Source of the DNA: Candidatus Melainabacteria bacterium 17Bon1m
Lineage (GTDB): Bacteria > Cyanobacteriota > Vampirovibrionia > Obscuribacterales > Obscuribacteraceae
Length of the DNA: 64,000 nt
Assembly (NCBI GenBank): GCA_032128875.1
Contig: JAVLKG010000018.1
Coordinates: 12,935-76,934, forward strand
Reading direction: 5' to 3'
The notes below the pieces were generated by a model. That model was not told the origin of the DNA and ran no database searches. It worked only from the letters and a program-made list of their open reading frames with translations. The translations under genes were made by a program, and so were the position numbers. The first letter of the stretch is position 1. Each line of letters starts with the position of its first letter. This document shows, in pieces, positions 39,357 through 48,058 of this stretch.

Positions 39357-39467
39357 AGGGCATGAGAGTGCCTGGGGGTGTCCGCCCTTTCATTATGAGC
39401 CGGGCGGGCGCTCATTTTTGCAATAAGAGAAGATCACGCGTCTTCTCTACAGAAAAGGAGACTGACT

Positions 39468-40310
39468 TTGTCAAAAGAAGAGAAAAAGCCACTGAGCGGA
39501 AAAACGCTCTTCATCACTGGTGCCAGTCGCGGCATCGGACTCGAAATTGGAAAACGTGCCGCTGCCGATGGTGCCAACGTCGTGGTTGCCGCTAAATCCG
39601 AGAGCGAGAATCCGAAGCTTCCCGGCACCATCTACACGGCCGCCAAGGAGATTGAAGATGCCGGCGGCACCGCACTGGCAGTAAAATGCGACGTGCGTAA
39701 CGAGGACGAGATCATTGCCGCAATTGAGGAGGCGATTAAGACCTTCGGCGGGATCGACATTCTCGTCAATAACGCTTCGGCGCTCTCCATGACCTCTACG
39801 GAAAAGACTGAGCTGAAGCGCTTTCGTCTGATGCATGAGGTCAACGGCGCCGGTTCTTTCTTCATGGCCAAGCACGCCATTCCCCACCTGCGCAAGGCTG
39901 CGAACCCGCACATCCTTACCATGTCGCCGCCGCTTTCGCAGATGTCCGGTAAGTGGCTGGGACCACAACTGGCTTATGCTATGTCGAAGTACTCGATGAG
40001 CATGGTCACAATGGGGCTTGCTGCTGAGCTGTCTCCTGATGGGATCGCAGCCAATTCGCTCTGGCCCAAAACCCTCATCGATACGGCTGCTGTTCGTCAT
40101 TTGCCGGGCGGTGAAGAACTTGTGAAACACGCGCGCTCCGCTCGTATCGTCGCGGACGCTGCATACCATATTCTTACGCGCTCTGCCAAGGAGTGCACCG
40201 GCCAGTTCTTCGTCGACGAGGATGTTCTGAGAGAGTCCGGCATCGAGGATCTCGAGCAGTACGCCGTGGTGACGGGCAACAAGTTGCACGCCGACATCTT
40301 CCTGGATTAA
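39468..40310 (+). CDS. Short-chain dehydrogenase, HSDL2-like
   Basis: TGASRGIG, NPKLPGTIYTAA, VNNAS, YAMSK, NSLWP. Confidence 0.93.
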   Translation: MSKEEKKPLSGKTLFITGASRGIGLEIGKRAAADGANVVVAAKSESENPKLPGTIYTAAKEIEDAGGTALAVKCDVRNEDEIIAAIEEAIKTFGGIDILVNNASALSMTSTEKTELKRFRLMHEVNGAGSFFMAKHAIPHLRKAANPHILTMSPPLSQMSGKWLGPQLAYAMSKYSMSMVTMGLAAELSPDGIAANSLWPKTLIDTAAVRHLPGGEELVKHARSARIVADAAYHILTRSAKECTGQFFVDEDVLRESGIEDLEQYAVVTGNKLHADIFLD

Positions 40311-40334
40311 GGCTGCGGTGTGATAGCTCGAACT

Positions 40335-40372
40335 GTGTATGCGCGAGAAATCGCGCATACACTTTCTACTTC
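40335..40372 (+). terminator. Intrinsic terminator
   Basis: gtgtatgcgcga-GAAA-tcgcgcatacac + pyrimidine tail. Confidence 0.8.
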
Positions 40373-40677
40373 TTCTAGCTTTCCTTCGTCACCGGTATAC
40401 TAGACAAGGTGGTAGGTCGTTAGTCTTCCGCCCGGGTATCAAGTGAAGTTTGGCGAATACGATGGAAAGCCTGTGCAAATCAAGGTCTATCCGCCTGGTC
40501 TTGCACGTGGTGTTGATTCGCCAGGCACAGTCGGTTATAGCACCGGGGTGGGTCTCGGGCGTGGAAGCAAGATGGTTATTGCTCCTCATATGGAATGACC
40601 ACAAAGGCTTCTTGAGCATAGAACAGGTAAACGGCCGGTAACGCTTCGCCGGCCTTCTTTGCTAATTCCGTAATACG

Positions 40678-40711
40678 TTTGACGAAAATTTGACGGGCAA
40701 ATGACTAGCAT
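40678..40711 (+). promoter_or_regulatory. TTTGAY direct-repeat promoter
   Basis: TTTGAC-gaaaa-TTTGAC-N11-TAGCAT upstream of the SLT gene. Confidence 0.72.
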
Positions 40712-40752
40712 TACAGTTGAGCTTCCAGCCGCCTTACCAGAGAGTTTCCAAT

Positions 40753-41853
40753 ATGACTGAATTGCATTCGCGTTCCTCTTTGGAGCGCCGCCATCCCCAT
40801 GAAGATCGTGATTCTGCAAATTCTCATGCCCGAGGCTGGGCTGATGTTTACAGCAGCAGAATAGAAAGACCCAATCCTTCCGTTTACCAGCCTGGACAGT
40901 CCGCGCACGAGTTTGTCCAGAAGCATTTGCATGGAACGGAACTGTATGATTCCGCCGAGACCAAAGGCGGGACGAACCGTTCGCACGGTGCCGCTGGCGG
41001 AGACAAAGGTCGCTCAGACAGAGCAGGCGGAAGCGAGCGCTCGGCTTTGGGGGCGCCCGATGATACCCAAAGGAAAAGGGAAGTACATGAAACTGGCGCC
41101 AAGATAGCCGACCATCTCAAGAAAGATCCTCATGACTTCAAATACGTATTTGGCGAGCTTGATGCATTGCACAAAAAGGACCCCGCACACCTGGGCGAAA
41201 ATCTGCGCGAAGTAAATGATGCCTTGCATGAGAAGGGGCTGCTCAAAGGAATGTCGATTGTTCGCGACAATAGAGATGGGCATGAAGGTTGGGCTGTCGT
41301 AGCTGAAGATAAGAGCAACGTAAATCCCAAACATAACAGAACGATGGTCAGCACCAGTCATGAAGCCCATGAGTCCTCGACATTGAAGCATCATTATTCA
41401 AGCATGCATTACAGACGCGGGCACTATAACGGTTGGCATCAATCCGTCGAAGGCGGTGGTGGCGGTGATGGTGGCTTCGATAAACACGCCGTTGGCGGGC
41501 ATGTTCCACCGGGTGCACGTCGCGAATTGATTGAAAAGGCTCTCCAACTGGCGGGTGTGCCGGTGACAGAACAAAATATCTCCGCTGTAAATAAAATCGT
41601 CACGCGAGAGAGCGGATGGAATCCGAACATTACAAACAACTGGGACATCAACGCCAAAAGAGGTCATCCCTCAACGGGTTTGATGCAGACGATACCCTCT
41701 ACGTTCTCTCGATATGCGCTGCCCGGAATGAACAACAATATCCATGATCCGCTCTCTAATCTGGTTGCAGGAATACGCTACGCAGAGGCGCGATATGGAC
41801 GGCACGGTCTGTCGGGTGTCGCCAAAGTAGCGAGCCGTCCGGGCGGATACTAA
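40753..41853 (+). CDS. Protein with C-terminal lytic transglycosylase (SLT) domain
   Basis: RESGWNP catalytic Glu, NNWDINAKRGHPSTGLMQTIPSTF, AGIRY..ARYG. Confidence 0.9.
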   Translation: MTELHSRSSLERRHPHEDRDSANSHARGWADVYSSRIERPNPSVYQPGQSAHEFVQKHLHGTELYDSAETKGGTNRSHGAAGGDKGRSDRAGGSERSALGAPDDTQRKREVHETGAKIADHLKKDPHDFKYVFGELDALHKKDPAHLGENLREVNDALHEKGLLKGMSIVRDNRDGHEGWAVVAEDKSNVNPKHNRTMVSTSHEAHESSTLKHHYSSMHYRRGHYNGWHQSVEGGGGGDGGFDKHAVGGHVPPGARRELIEKALQLAGVPVTEQNISAVNKIVTRESGWNPNITNNWDINAKRGHPSTGLMQTIPSTFSRYALPGMNNNIHDPLSNLVAGIRYAEARYGRHGLSGVAKVASRPGGY

Positions 41854-41901
41854 ATGGAAAAAGCAGAAATTGCTCACTCCTTGAAAGATTCGCTGCATCC
41901 A

Positions 41902-41935
41902 TTTGACGAGAAATTGATATCGCCATTCGTATAAC
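41902..41935 (+). promoter_or_regulatory. TTTGAY direct-repeat promoter
   Basis: TTTGAC-gagaa-ATTGAT-N11-TATAAC. Confidence 0.6.
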
Positions 41936-41940
41936 TTGTA

Positions 41941-42027
41941 CAGAGCTTATGTTTAACGCGACAGTGGCTCTCAGAGGACGAATAAAAAGGTGTCGAAGCT
42001 GGAGCCGGCTAGTCCGCTCCAGTTTTT
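41941..42027 (+). ncRNA. Candidate small RNA (or 26-codon peptide mRNA)
   Basis: Promoter motif upstream; ctggagc/gctccag stem + TTTTT on the plus strand. Confidence 0.35.
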
Positions 42028-42032
42028 GACGT

Positions 42033-42725
42033 TTAGTCCTTCTTCTTCTTCTTCTTTCCAGAAGGCATGCGATAACCCACTCTCGGAATATTTTCGATAA
42101 CTGCGCATGCGCTGTCGTCGATCTTGTATCTAATTCGCTTCAAGGAAGAACGCAGTGCCTCTCCCGTGGCATCGCTTTCGGAGTGCCAAACGCGCTCCAG
42201 CAGGGCGTTATTACTGAATATTTGATCAGGATGCCGCATGAAAAATTCAAGAAGAGCAAAGTCTATTGGAAGCAGGTGGATCTCTGTGCCTGCTTTGGAA
42301 ACCTTCCTGGTGGATGGATCGAGGACCAAATCTTTTACTTGCAAGATGTTTGCCGTTACCACCTGAGGGCGACGAAGAAGTGCGCGCAAGCGCGCTGACA
42401 ACTCACGCAAATCAAAGGGTTTGGTCAAATAATCATCTGCTCCTGCGTCCAGCCCCGATTCTTTATCGGTGATGGTACTGCGCGCGGTGACAAAGAGGAT
42501 CGGTGTCTTGCCGCCTCTTTCTCTAAACTCTTTGAGGATATTCATTCCCGACAGACCCGGCAATGACCAATCTAGAATTATCAAGTCGTAAGTGCAGCAG
42601 AGGAGTCGGTCCAGCCCTTCTCTGCCATCAACGAAGTGCTCGACAAGATGCTGTTCGGATTTGAGAAACTCGCAGACCGTGAAGCTCAAGTCTGCATCAT
42701 CTTCTACTAACAATATTTTTGCCAT
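42033..42725 (-). CDS. OmpR/PhoB-family response regulator
   Basis: LLVEDD, LDWSLP, GADDYLTKPF, winged-helix (ENIPRVGY). Confidence 0.95.
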   Translation of the reverse strand: MAKILLVEDDADLSFTVCEFLKSEQHLVEHFVDGREGLDRLLCCTYDLIILDWSLPGLSGMNILKEFRERGGKTPILFVTARSTITDKESGLDAGADDYLTKPFDLRELSARLRALLRRPQVVTANILQVKDLVLDPSTRKVSKAGTEIHLLPIDFALLEFFMRHPDQIFSNNALLERVWHSESDATGEALRSSLKRIRYKIDDSACAVIENIPRVGYRMPSGKKKKKKD

Positions 42726-42921
42726 GTGGTCTTTCTGGCGCGCGGGACGATACAAAATCATAAACCATCTTGGGCTAACTTCCATGACGCAAATAGCCTC
42801 CCAGGGGGAGGCTATTTGTGGGCTCTGTCGTTAGGCGGGGGAAAAACTTTTGATTTCGAGTAGTGGGCGCACGTTTTTGCTGGGAAGACAGCCGTGCGCC
42901 CGCTCTCGGTTTTTGCTCAAG

Positions 42922-44019
42922 CTAATCGATATCGCGATTTCCTGTCGGATAGAAGGTGGCTTCGTCACTGTGTCCTGGTCTCAGGTTTAGATTAGGTCTT
43001 AAAGTTCGATTTCCGTAGGTGTCTATACTCGGTCCGAAATCGAGAGTTTGATCGTCGAGTTTCAATCCTACGCCTGCAGCTGCGGAGGAATTTTCACCGA
43101 CATTGAAGTGTGCTCCTGACCTGACGCCGAAAGCGTCCGCAACGCCGGTGTTCGCTCCAGTGTAAGCATTAAAACCTTGTGGTCCTATGCCGGCGCCAGC
43201 ATCAGCTTGCACATCTACGGGCCAGGCGCGTCCTCTGACATCGCCGCTGACACCGGTATTCTTGCCCAGGCTGGCACCAAAGTCCGCGTCTCCGTTAACC
43301 AGGTCGAAGAAATTGGCTCCTGCTCCCACTTCACTATGGATGCCATCTTTTTCAAATCCGAGATTTGCATTCGCTCTTGCGTGAAGCGGTCCGCCATAAG
43401 GCATGAATTCCGCGTTTACGCCAGTGTTCTTTCCGAGTGAAACTTCCGTACTGGCAATGCCGACATTTACTCCTGTTTCCAAAGAGCCGTCTCGCACTCC
43501 GAGTTTGACGATACCTAAATCCAGTCCCTGAAATTCGCCTCTGTCTCTGTTGTAGGCTGCATCATATGCTGGAGAATTCGGTGCTTCTGGCGCAAAATTA
43601 CTGTGAGGTGCATAACCAGGATGAGGGATTTCGACGGGTTTTAGATCATACTGAGTTCTTGTATCTAAATATTCAGCTCTCAATTTGCTTTCTGCTTCTC
43701 GCTGCCGAGCCTCGGCATCTATTTCGGCGTCTAATTCGGCTTTTAGTGCAGCTTCTTTCTGCCTTTGCATTTCCTTCTCGCGTTCTTCTTTCGCGTGTTT
43801 TTGCGCGGCTTCTTCGGCGTCGACCTCTTTCATTGCCTTCGACCAAGCCTTAGGATCTTTTTTCGAGATCTTTTCCCTTTGGTCTAATGCCCAGTCCCAA
43901 GCTGCTGGATCATCGCTTTTCCAGGCGTCCCAGGCGGCATGCGCAGACTGGATGTGTTGTTCGGTGTGCTTGTTTCCTGCGTGACTTGTTCTTCTTTCTG
44001 TGGTGGAATGTGCGTCCAT
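42922..44019 (-). CDS. Hypothetical protein: coiled coil plus Gly-rich beta-repeat C-terminus
   Basis: 365 aa, AAGGA RBS; charged helix then repeated AxAG/GVxA strands. Confidence 0.8.
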   Translation of the reverse strand: MDAHSTTERRTSHAGNKHTEQHIQSAHAAWDAWKSDDPAAWDWALDQREKISKKDPKAWSKAMKEVDAEEAAQKHAKEEREKEMQRQKEAALKAELDAEIDAEARQREAESKLRAEYLDTRTQYDLKPVEIPHPGYAPHSNFAPEAPNSPAYDAAYNRDRGEFQGLDLGIVKLGVRDGSLETGVNVGIASTEVSLGKNTGVNAEFMPYGGPLHARANANLGFEKDGIHSEVGAGANFFDLVNGDADFGASLGKNTGVSGDVRGRAWPVDVQADAGAGIGPQGFNAYTGANTGVADAFGVRSGAHFNVGENSSAAAGVGLKLDDQTLDFGPSIDTYGNRTLRPNLNLRPGHSDEATFYPTGNRDID

Positions 44020-44201
44020 AAAGCTGGTTCCTTGCGGCTCGAGAGGGAGATGACATAAGCCTTACGAGTAAGCGACTCTTCGTGCGGCGCTTTGCTTACA
44101 ACCATTTTTCCGGCAACTTATGGCGGATTTGTGGCGATGCAAAACATAGTCCACGCAAGCCTTTGGGGGATTTGCCCCTGGCTTTCGCCGCCTGTAAAAA
44201 C

Positions 44202-46040
44202 CTAATGCGAGTCTGATGCTTCGGAGATGTTTGCGAGTGCCTTTTCATGCAGTGGAATAGTGAAGATAAATATGCTTCCCACTGCATCCTGAGGGGATTC
44301 AACGACGATTGTGCCACCGTGCAATTCAACTATTGCTTTGCAGATTGCCAGGCCCAAACCCGTTCCGTTCATCTGCGTCGAGTCAATATCTTGCACCTGT
44401 TGAAATCGATTGAAGATCGCCTCTTGCATCTCTTTTGGCACGCCGCGTCCTTCGTCCTGAATGCGGACTTCAACTGCTTTGTCTTTTATAGATGCAGCAA
44501 ATTTTATGGTGCCGCCAGGAGGTGAATATTTGACTGCGTTCGAGGCTATATTGACGAGCACTTGCGCAATGCGGTCTGGATCTGCAAAAACATCAATCAC
44601 AGTGTCTGCAACTTCGATTTTTAATGACTTCTCTTCTGCTAGAGGAGCAATTATCTGAAGGCAAGAATCAAATAAGTTTGCAACTGGAATTTCTGTTTTG
44701 TTGAGTTGCATCTTTCTGGCTCTGATCTTTTCTATTTCCAGAAGATCGTTGATGAGAGTCAACATTCGTCTGCTTGCCGAATCCGCGCGAAGCACGAGGG
44801 TCTGAGCTGAATCCGGCAGCTCTCCTGCTTTCCCCAGAACGAGCATCTCGTGCAAATGGCGAACCGCAGTCAGCGGCGTGCGAAGGTCGTGGCTGACCAT
44901 CGCAATTACCTCTTGTTTTATCCTTTCAGCTTCTTTTCTTTCCGTCACGTCATGCAGTACGCAAAAGTATGTTTCTTCTTCCCCTGACCAATAGACTGAG
45001 AAGAGGATGTCTACTGGCTTCCCGTCTTTTCTGATCATTCTTGTTTCAATAATTTCTTGACCATGTGATTTCAAAAGGTTTTCCATGCAGCCTTTGACAT
45101 GGTCTTTGTCTTCCGGTAAAACCAGCTCGACGTAGGGTTTTGCAAGCAGCTCTTTTGGCTCGTAGCCTAATATTTTCACCGCGGCCGGATTAATAGCGGC
45201 GAATTTTCCCTGCTTATCGATAGAGCAAATTACATCATTGGCATTGTCGATTAATGCTCGCTCTACATGAATGGCTCGTGCAAGGGCTTCAGCCATTTTG
45301 TGAAACACCTGATCGAGTTGGGCGATTTCATCATGCCCTGATAGCGAGGGGAGCAACTGCTCGTTGCGAGCCAGCCGTTGGCTGTTCTCGGATAGGACAG
45401 CGAGTCTTCTGGTGATGCCTTTGCTGACGATAACGGCCAAAACTATTGTCAGAATGACGCTGAAGCCAATCGCTACGGATAATTGTTGGCTGATAAGCTG
45501 TCGATAGTAAGCTTGTCTTTCGGGACTCTTATCGCCTATTTCATGCTGGCTCCTAGCCAAAGAGAGCAGCTCTGGCGAGACTATCTGCTTCAGTCTCACG
45601 TTGAGCGATTTTTGCAGACGAATGAATTCTTCCATATCGCCTCGATTGAATGCCGCATTCATTGCATCAAGGCTATTATCAGCATCGCGGGCGCGCTCTT
45701 GGACCTGATTCATCAAAGCTGAAGCGCTTGCATCATCTTTAACGAGTTCGCTGACAAAGCGCATGTCCTGAAGCGCTTTCGCCACCATCGCGTCCTTGCG
45801 AGCTTTTACACGCGCATCTTGCGCAAGGGCTGCCGACTTCAATGTGGTCAGCATGTCATAGAAGTCACGCACGATGAGATTTATCGTGTCACTAATCTGC
45901 CTTGCTTTCTCAGCTTTGCGCGCTTCTTCCTGCGCTCGATTGTATAAATCGGCAAGTACTGAGTACGAGATCAATTCGAATATGAGCGGAACTGCAACAA
46001 GAATCAAACCTTTGTGAAAGAGAGAAATTCGAAGATGCAT
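44202..46040 (-). CDS. PAS-domain sensor histidine kinase
   Basis: TMs, HAMP, PAS, SHDLRTPL H-box, NIASNAVKYS, DEGRGV, GTGLGLAIC. Confidence 0.95.
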   Translation of the reverse strand: MHLRISLFHKGLILVAVPLIFELISYSVLADLYNRAQEEARKAEKARQISDTINLIVRDFYDMLTTLKSAALAQDARVKARKDAMVAKALQDMRFVSELVKDDASASALMNQVQERARDADNSLDAMNAAFNRGDMEEFIRLQKSLNVRLKQIVSPELLSLARSQHEIGDKSPERQAYYRQLISQQLSVAIGFSVILTIVLAVIVSKGITRRLAVLSENSQRLARNEQLLPSLSGHDEIAQLDQVFHKMAEALARAIHVERALIDNANDVICSIDKQGKFAAINPAAVKILGYEPKELLAKPYVELVLPEDKDHVKGCMENLLKSHGQEIIETRMIRKDGKPVDILFSVYWSGEEETYFCVLHDVTERKEAERIKQEVIAMVSHDLRTPLTAVRHLHEMLVLGKAGELPDSAQTLVLRADSASRRMLTLINDLLEIEKIRARKMQLNKTEIPVANLFDSCLQIIAPLAEEKSLKIEVADTVIDVFADPDRIAQVLVNIASNAVKYSPPGGTIKFAASIKDKAVEVRIQDEGRGVPKEMQEAIFNRFQQVQDIDSTQMNGTGLGLAICKAIVELHGGTIVVESPQDAVGSIFIFTIPLHEKALANISEASDSH

Positions 46041-46179
46041 TCTGGAATTCGATGGTTGCGGACAGACGTGAATATTGTATCCCGAAGAATTGTAGACATT
46101 AGGAGACGGTCAAACGTGGACAAGGCGGTCGATAATGTAAAGCCTCACGGTGACTGGATAATCGGCTGGCTCTGATGGA

Positions 46180-46213
46180 TTTGATGAGAATTTGACTGGG
46201 GCGCGTGCACCAT
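46180..46213 (+). promoter_or_regulatory. TTTGAY direct-repeat promoter
   Basis: TTTGAT-gagaa-TTTGAC-N11-CACCAT upstream of ORF 46286. Confidence 0.7.
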
Positions 46214-46285
46214 GTCAGCACCAATCATCTGCGCACAGCGATGCGAACCACGCCACCGATTTCAACAGCTGCAGGAGTTTTACGA

Positions 46286-47911
46286 ATGGCAGAGCAAGAT
46301 TTAAAGGGCAATTATGATTCACAGCGAGGCGTCGATAAAGAAGCGGCGTCTGATGCTAGGCAGGTAAGGTCGGTCTACGAGCACGAAGGTGCGCAAAAAG
46401 CAGTGCAACGTCTGCAGGCTGAAGTCGACTCTGTACCGGCGTCTCAACGTCAGGCTTACAGCGCCGCTCTTATGAAAGATCTGCAGTCGGACGGTAGTCG
46501 TGCCAATCTCTTGCCGGAGATGGCTCTTGCATTCGGCGACGCCCATAGGGACAGCGTTTCTGAGGGTGGGTACGTGACACGGTCGCGAATTGCTGCAGCA
46601 GTTCAGAATGAGAAAAATCCAGTCTATGCCGAGATGTACCGGCAGTTTGGCGACAAATTCAAAGATATTCGTCATGAGAAGCAGAATCAATCCTGGATAT
46701 ATGGAGATCACTCCTTTGCGCCCGGCATTCTCAATGACGCCAATCACTGGGTCGGCAACAAATTGAATGAAAAAGTTGGCGCGGCTTGGGGCGGTGGAGT
46801 CAGTGTTGATGATCTTGCAAAAAGAGTTGGTGAGGATGGACAGAAGATCGACAAGCGCAATAAAGATCGCCAAGCCCTTGGATTGCTCGCCAGCAAGCCT
46901 GAATTGTTCGATTACGTAGCGCAAAATGACGGGCAGATTTCTCGTTCAGATGCAGAAGCGTTTCGCGAGCAAGTGCTACTCGGCACGGGCGAGGAAGGAA
47001 AACGATTGAGAGAGCGTTTTGGCAAGACTCCTCTGGAGCAAGAAAGACTTACAAATGCCGCCGGCGCCCTGGTTGATTCTTTCGACCATCCGGCAAACTT
47101 GGACGGGGCAGCCGGTTCTGTCCACGAGGATGGTTGGGACCTATATGGAAACAACCCATTTGGCGGCGATTACATGACCAGGGAGAGCCTTGCTCGCGGT
47201 TTGGGTTATAGAAGCCCTCAGGATGCTCAAAAGAATGTTCACAGCGACGCTAGAGGTCTCCTCTCGGCAAATCCGGATGTTTCATCCGCCAATGATTTTT
47301 CTCAAACGGCTCAGCGCCGTGGAGACGGTCCCTGGCAGGTCTCGGAACATATGCTTGCAGGACAGAATAAACATTTCGAAAATCCGTTCGAAGCACAGAA
47401 GATGCTGACTGATGTTCTGAAGCAAAGTAATTTTTGGACAAAAGACAAGCAAGGCGAGCAGAAGGTGACGCCGGAAAACAGGAACGAAATGCTTGGCGCA
47501 ATAAAAGATGCTGAAGCGAAACGCTCAGAGCAGAGCGGTGCTGCTGAAAACAATGATCTATCCCGCTGGTTTGCCGCCCGGTATCCTGAGGAGATGGAGG
47601 GCAAGTCTCCTGCCAGAGCTGATGTTGAGCCACTATCGGACTTCGGCAATACGCGATTGCGCGGACCCAAGGACGGTCCAAGAGCGATAGCTTCGCGCAT
47701 GATTCATGGACAGGAGCAATTTTTCACCGATCCGCACAAAGCGGTGGCAGACCTTTCCAGCGCGATTGGAGTGAAGGCAGGCATTCATAATCACAGGAGA
47801 GGCGCAGAACAAGTGACCGCGCGAAACGTCGACAGCGTGATCGCCAACATCGAGAAGACAGGCAATAAAGAGCTGCTTGAATGGTTCAAGCGTCGATATC
47901 CCAAAAACTGA
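46286..47911 (+). CDS. Hypothetical protein with two C-terminal repeats
   Basis: AGGAG RBS; repeats DFSQT..GDGPWQV..ML.GQ..F..P / DFGNT..KDGPRAI..MI.GQ..F..P, each ending WFxxRYP. Confidence 0.82.
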   Translation: MAEQDLKGNYDSQRGVDKEAASDARQVRSVYEHEGAQKAVQRLQAEVDSVPASQRQAYSAALMKDLQSDGSRANLLPEMALAFGDAHRDSVSEGGYVTRSRIAAAVQNEKNPVYAEMYRQFGDKFKDIRHEKQNQSWIYGDHSFAPGILNDANHWVGNKLNEKVGAAWGGGVSVDDLAKRVGEDGQKIDKRNKDRQALGLLASKPELFDYVAQNDGQISRSDAEAFREQVLLGTGEEGKRLRERFGKTPLEQERLTNAAGALVDSFDHPANLDGAAGSVHEDGWDLYGNNPFGGDYMTRESLARGLGYRSPQDAQKNVHSDARGLLSANPDVSSANDFSQTAQRRGDGPWQVSEHMLAGQNKHFENPFEAQKMLTDVLKQSNFWTKDKQGEQKVTPENRNEMLGAIKDAEAKRSEQSGAAENNDLSRWFAARYPEEMEGKSPARADVEPLSDFGNTRLRGPKDGPRAIASRMIHGQEQFFTDPHKAVADLSSAIGVKAGIHNHRRGAEQVTARNVDSVIANIEKTGNKELLEWFKRRYPKN

Positions 47912-47935
47912 GTTAGCTCGAGAACCCAACCCTCC

Positions 47936-47970
47936 GGCGCCACCATCTCAGGATGGTGGCGCCTTGCCTT
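47936..47970 (+). terminator. Terminator hairpin
   Basis: ggcgccaccatc/gatggtggcgcc 12-bp stem. Confidence 0.7.
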
Positions 47971-47993
47971 CAGGTGCGTTTTTCCAGTCGTTC

Positions 47994-48027
47994 TTTGACG
48001 AAAATTTGATGGCTCAATTTCTATTAT
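47994..48027 (+). promoter_or_regulatory. TTTGAY direct-repeat promoter
   Basis: TTTGAC-gaaaa-TTTGAT-N11-TATTAT upstream of ORF 48059. Confidence 0.72.
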
Positions 48028-48058
48028 TTCTATGCGCCAGTTTCTAACCTGAGAACAT

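Noticed and set aside
9270-40372. Integron cassette array (hairpins as attC sites)
   Set aside because: No conserved RYYYAAC/GTTRRRY ends, no shared sequence among the hairpins and no integrase in the window.
40416-40598. Protein-like open frame (LPPGYQVKFGEYDGKPVQIKVYPPG...)
   Set aside because: No convincing start codon or RBS; may be a remnant but cannot be supported.
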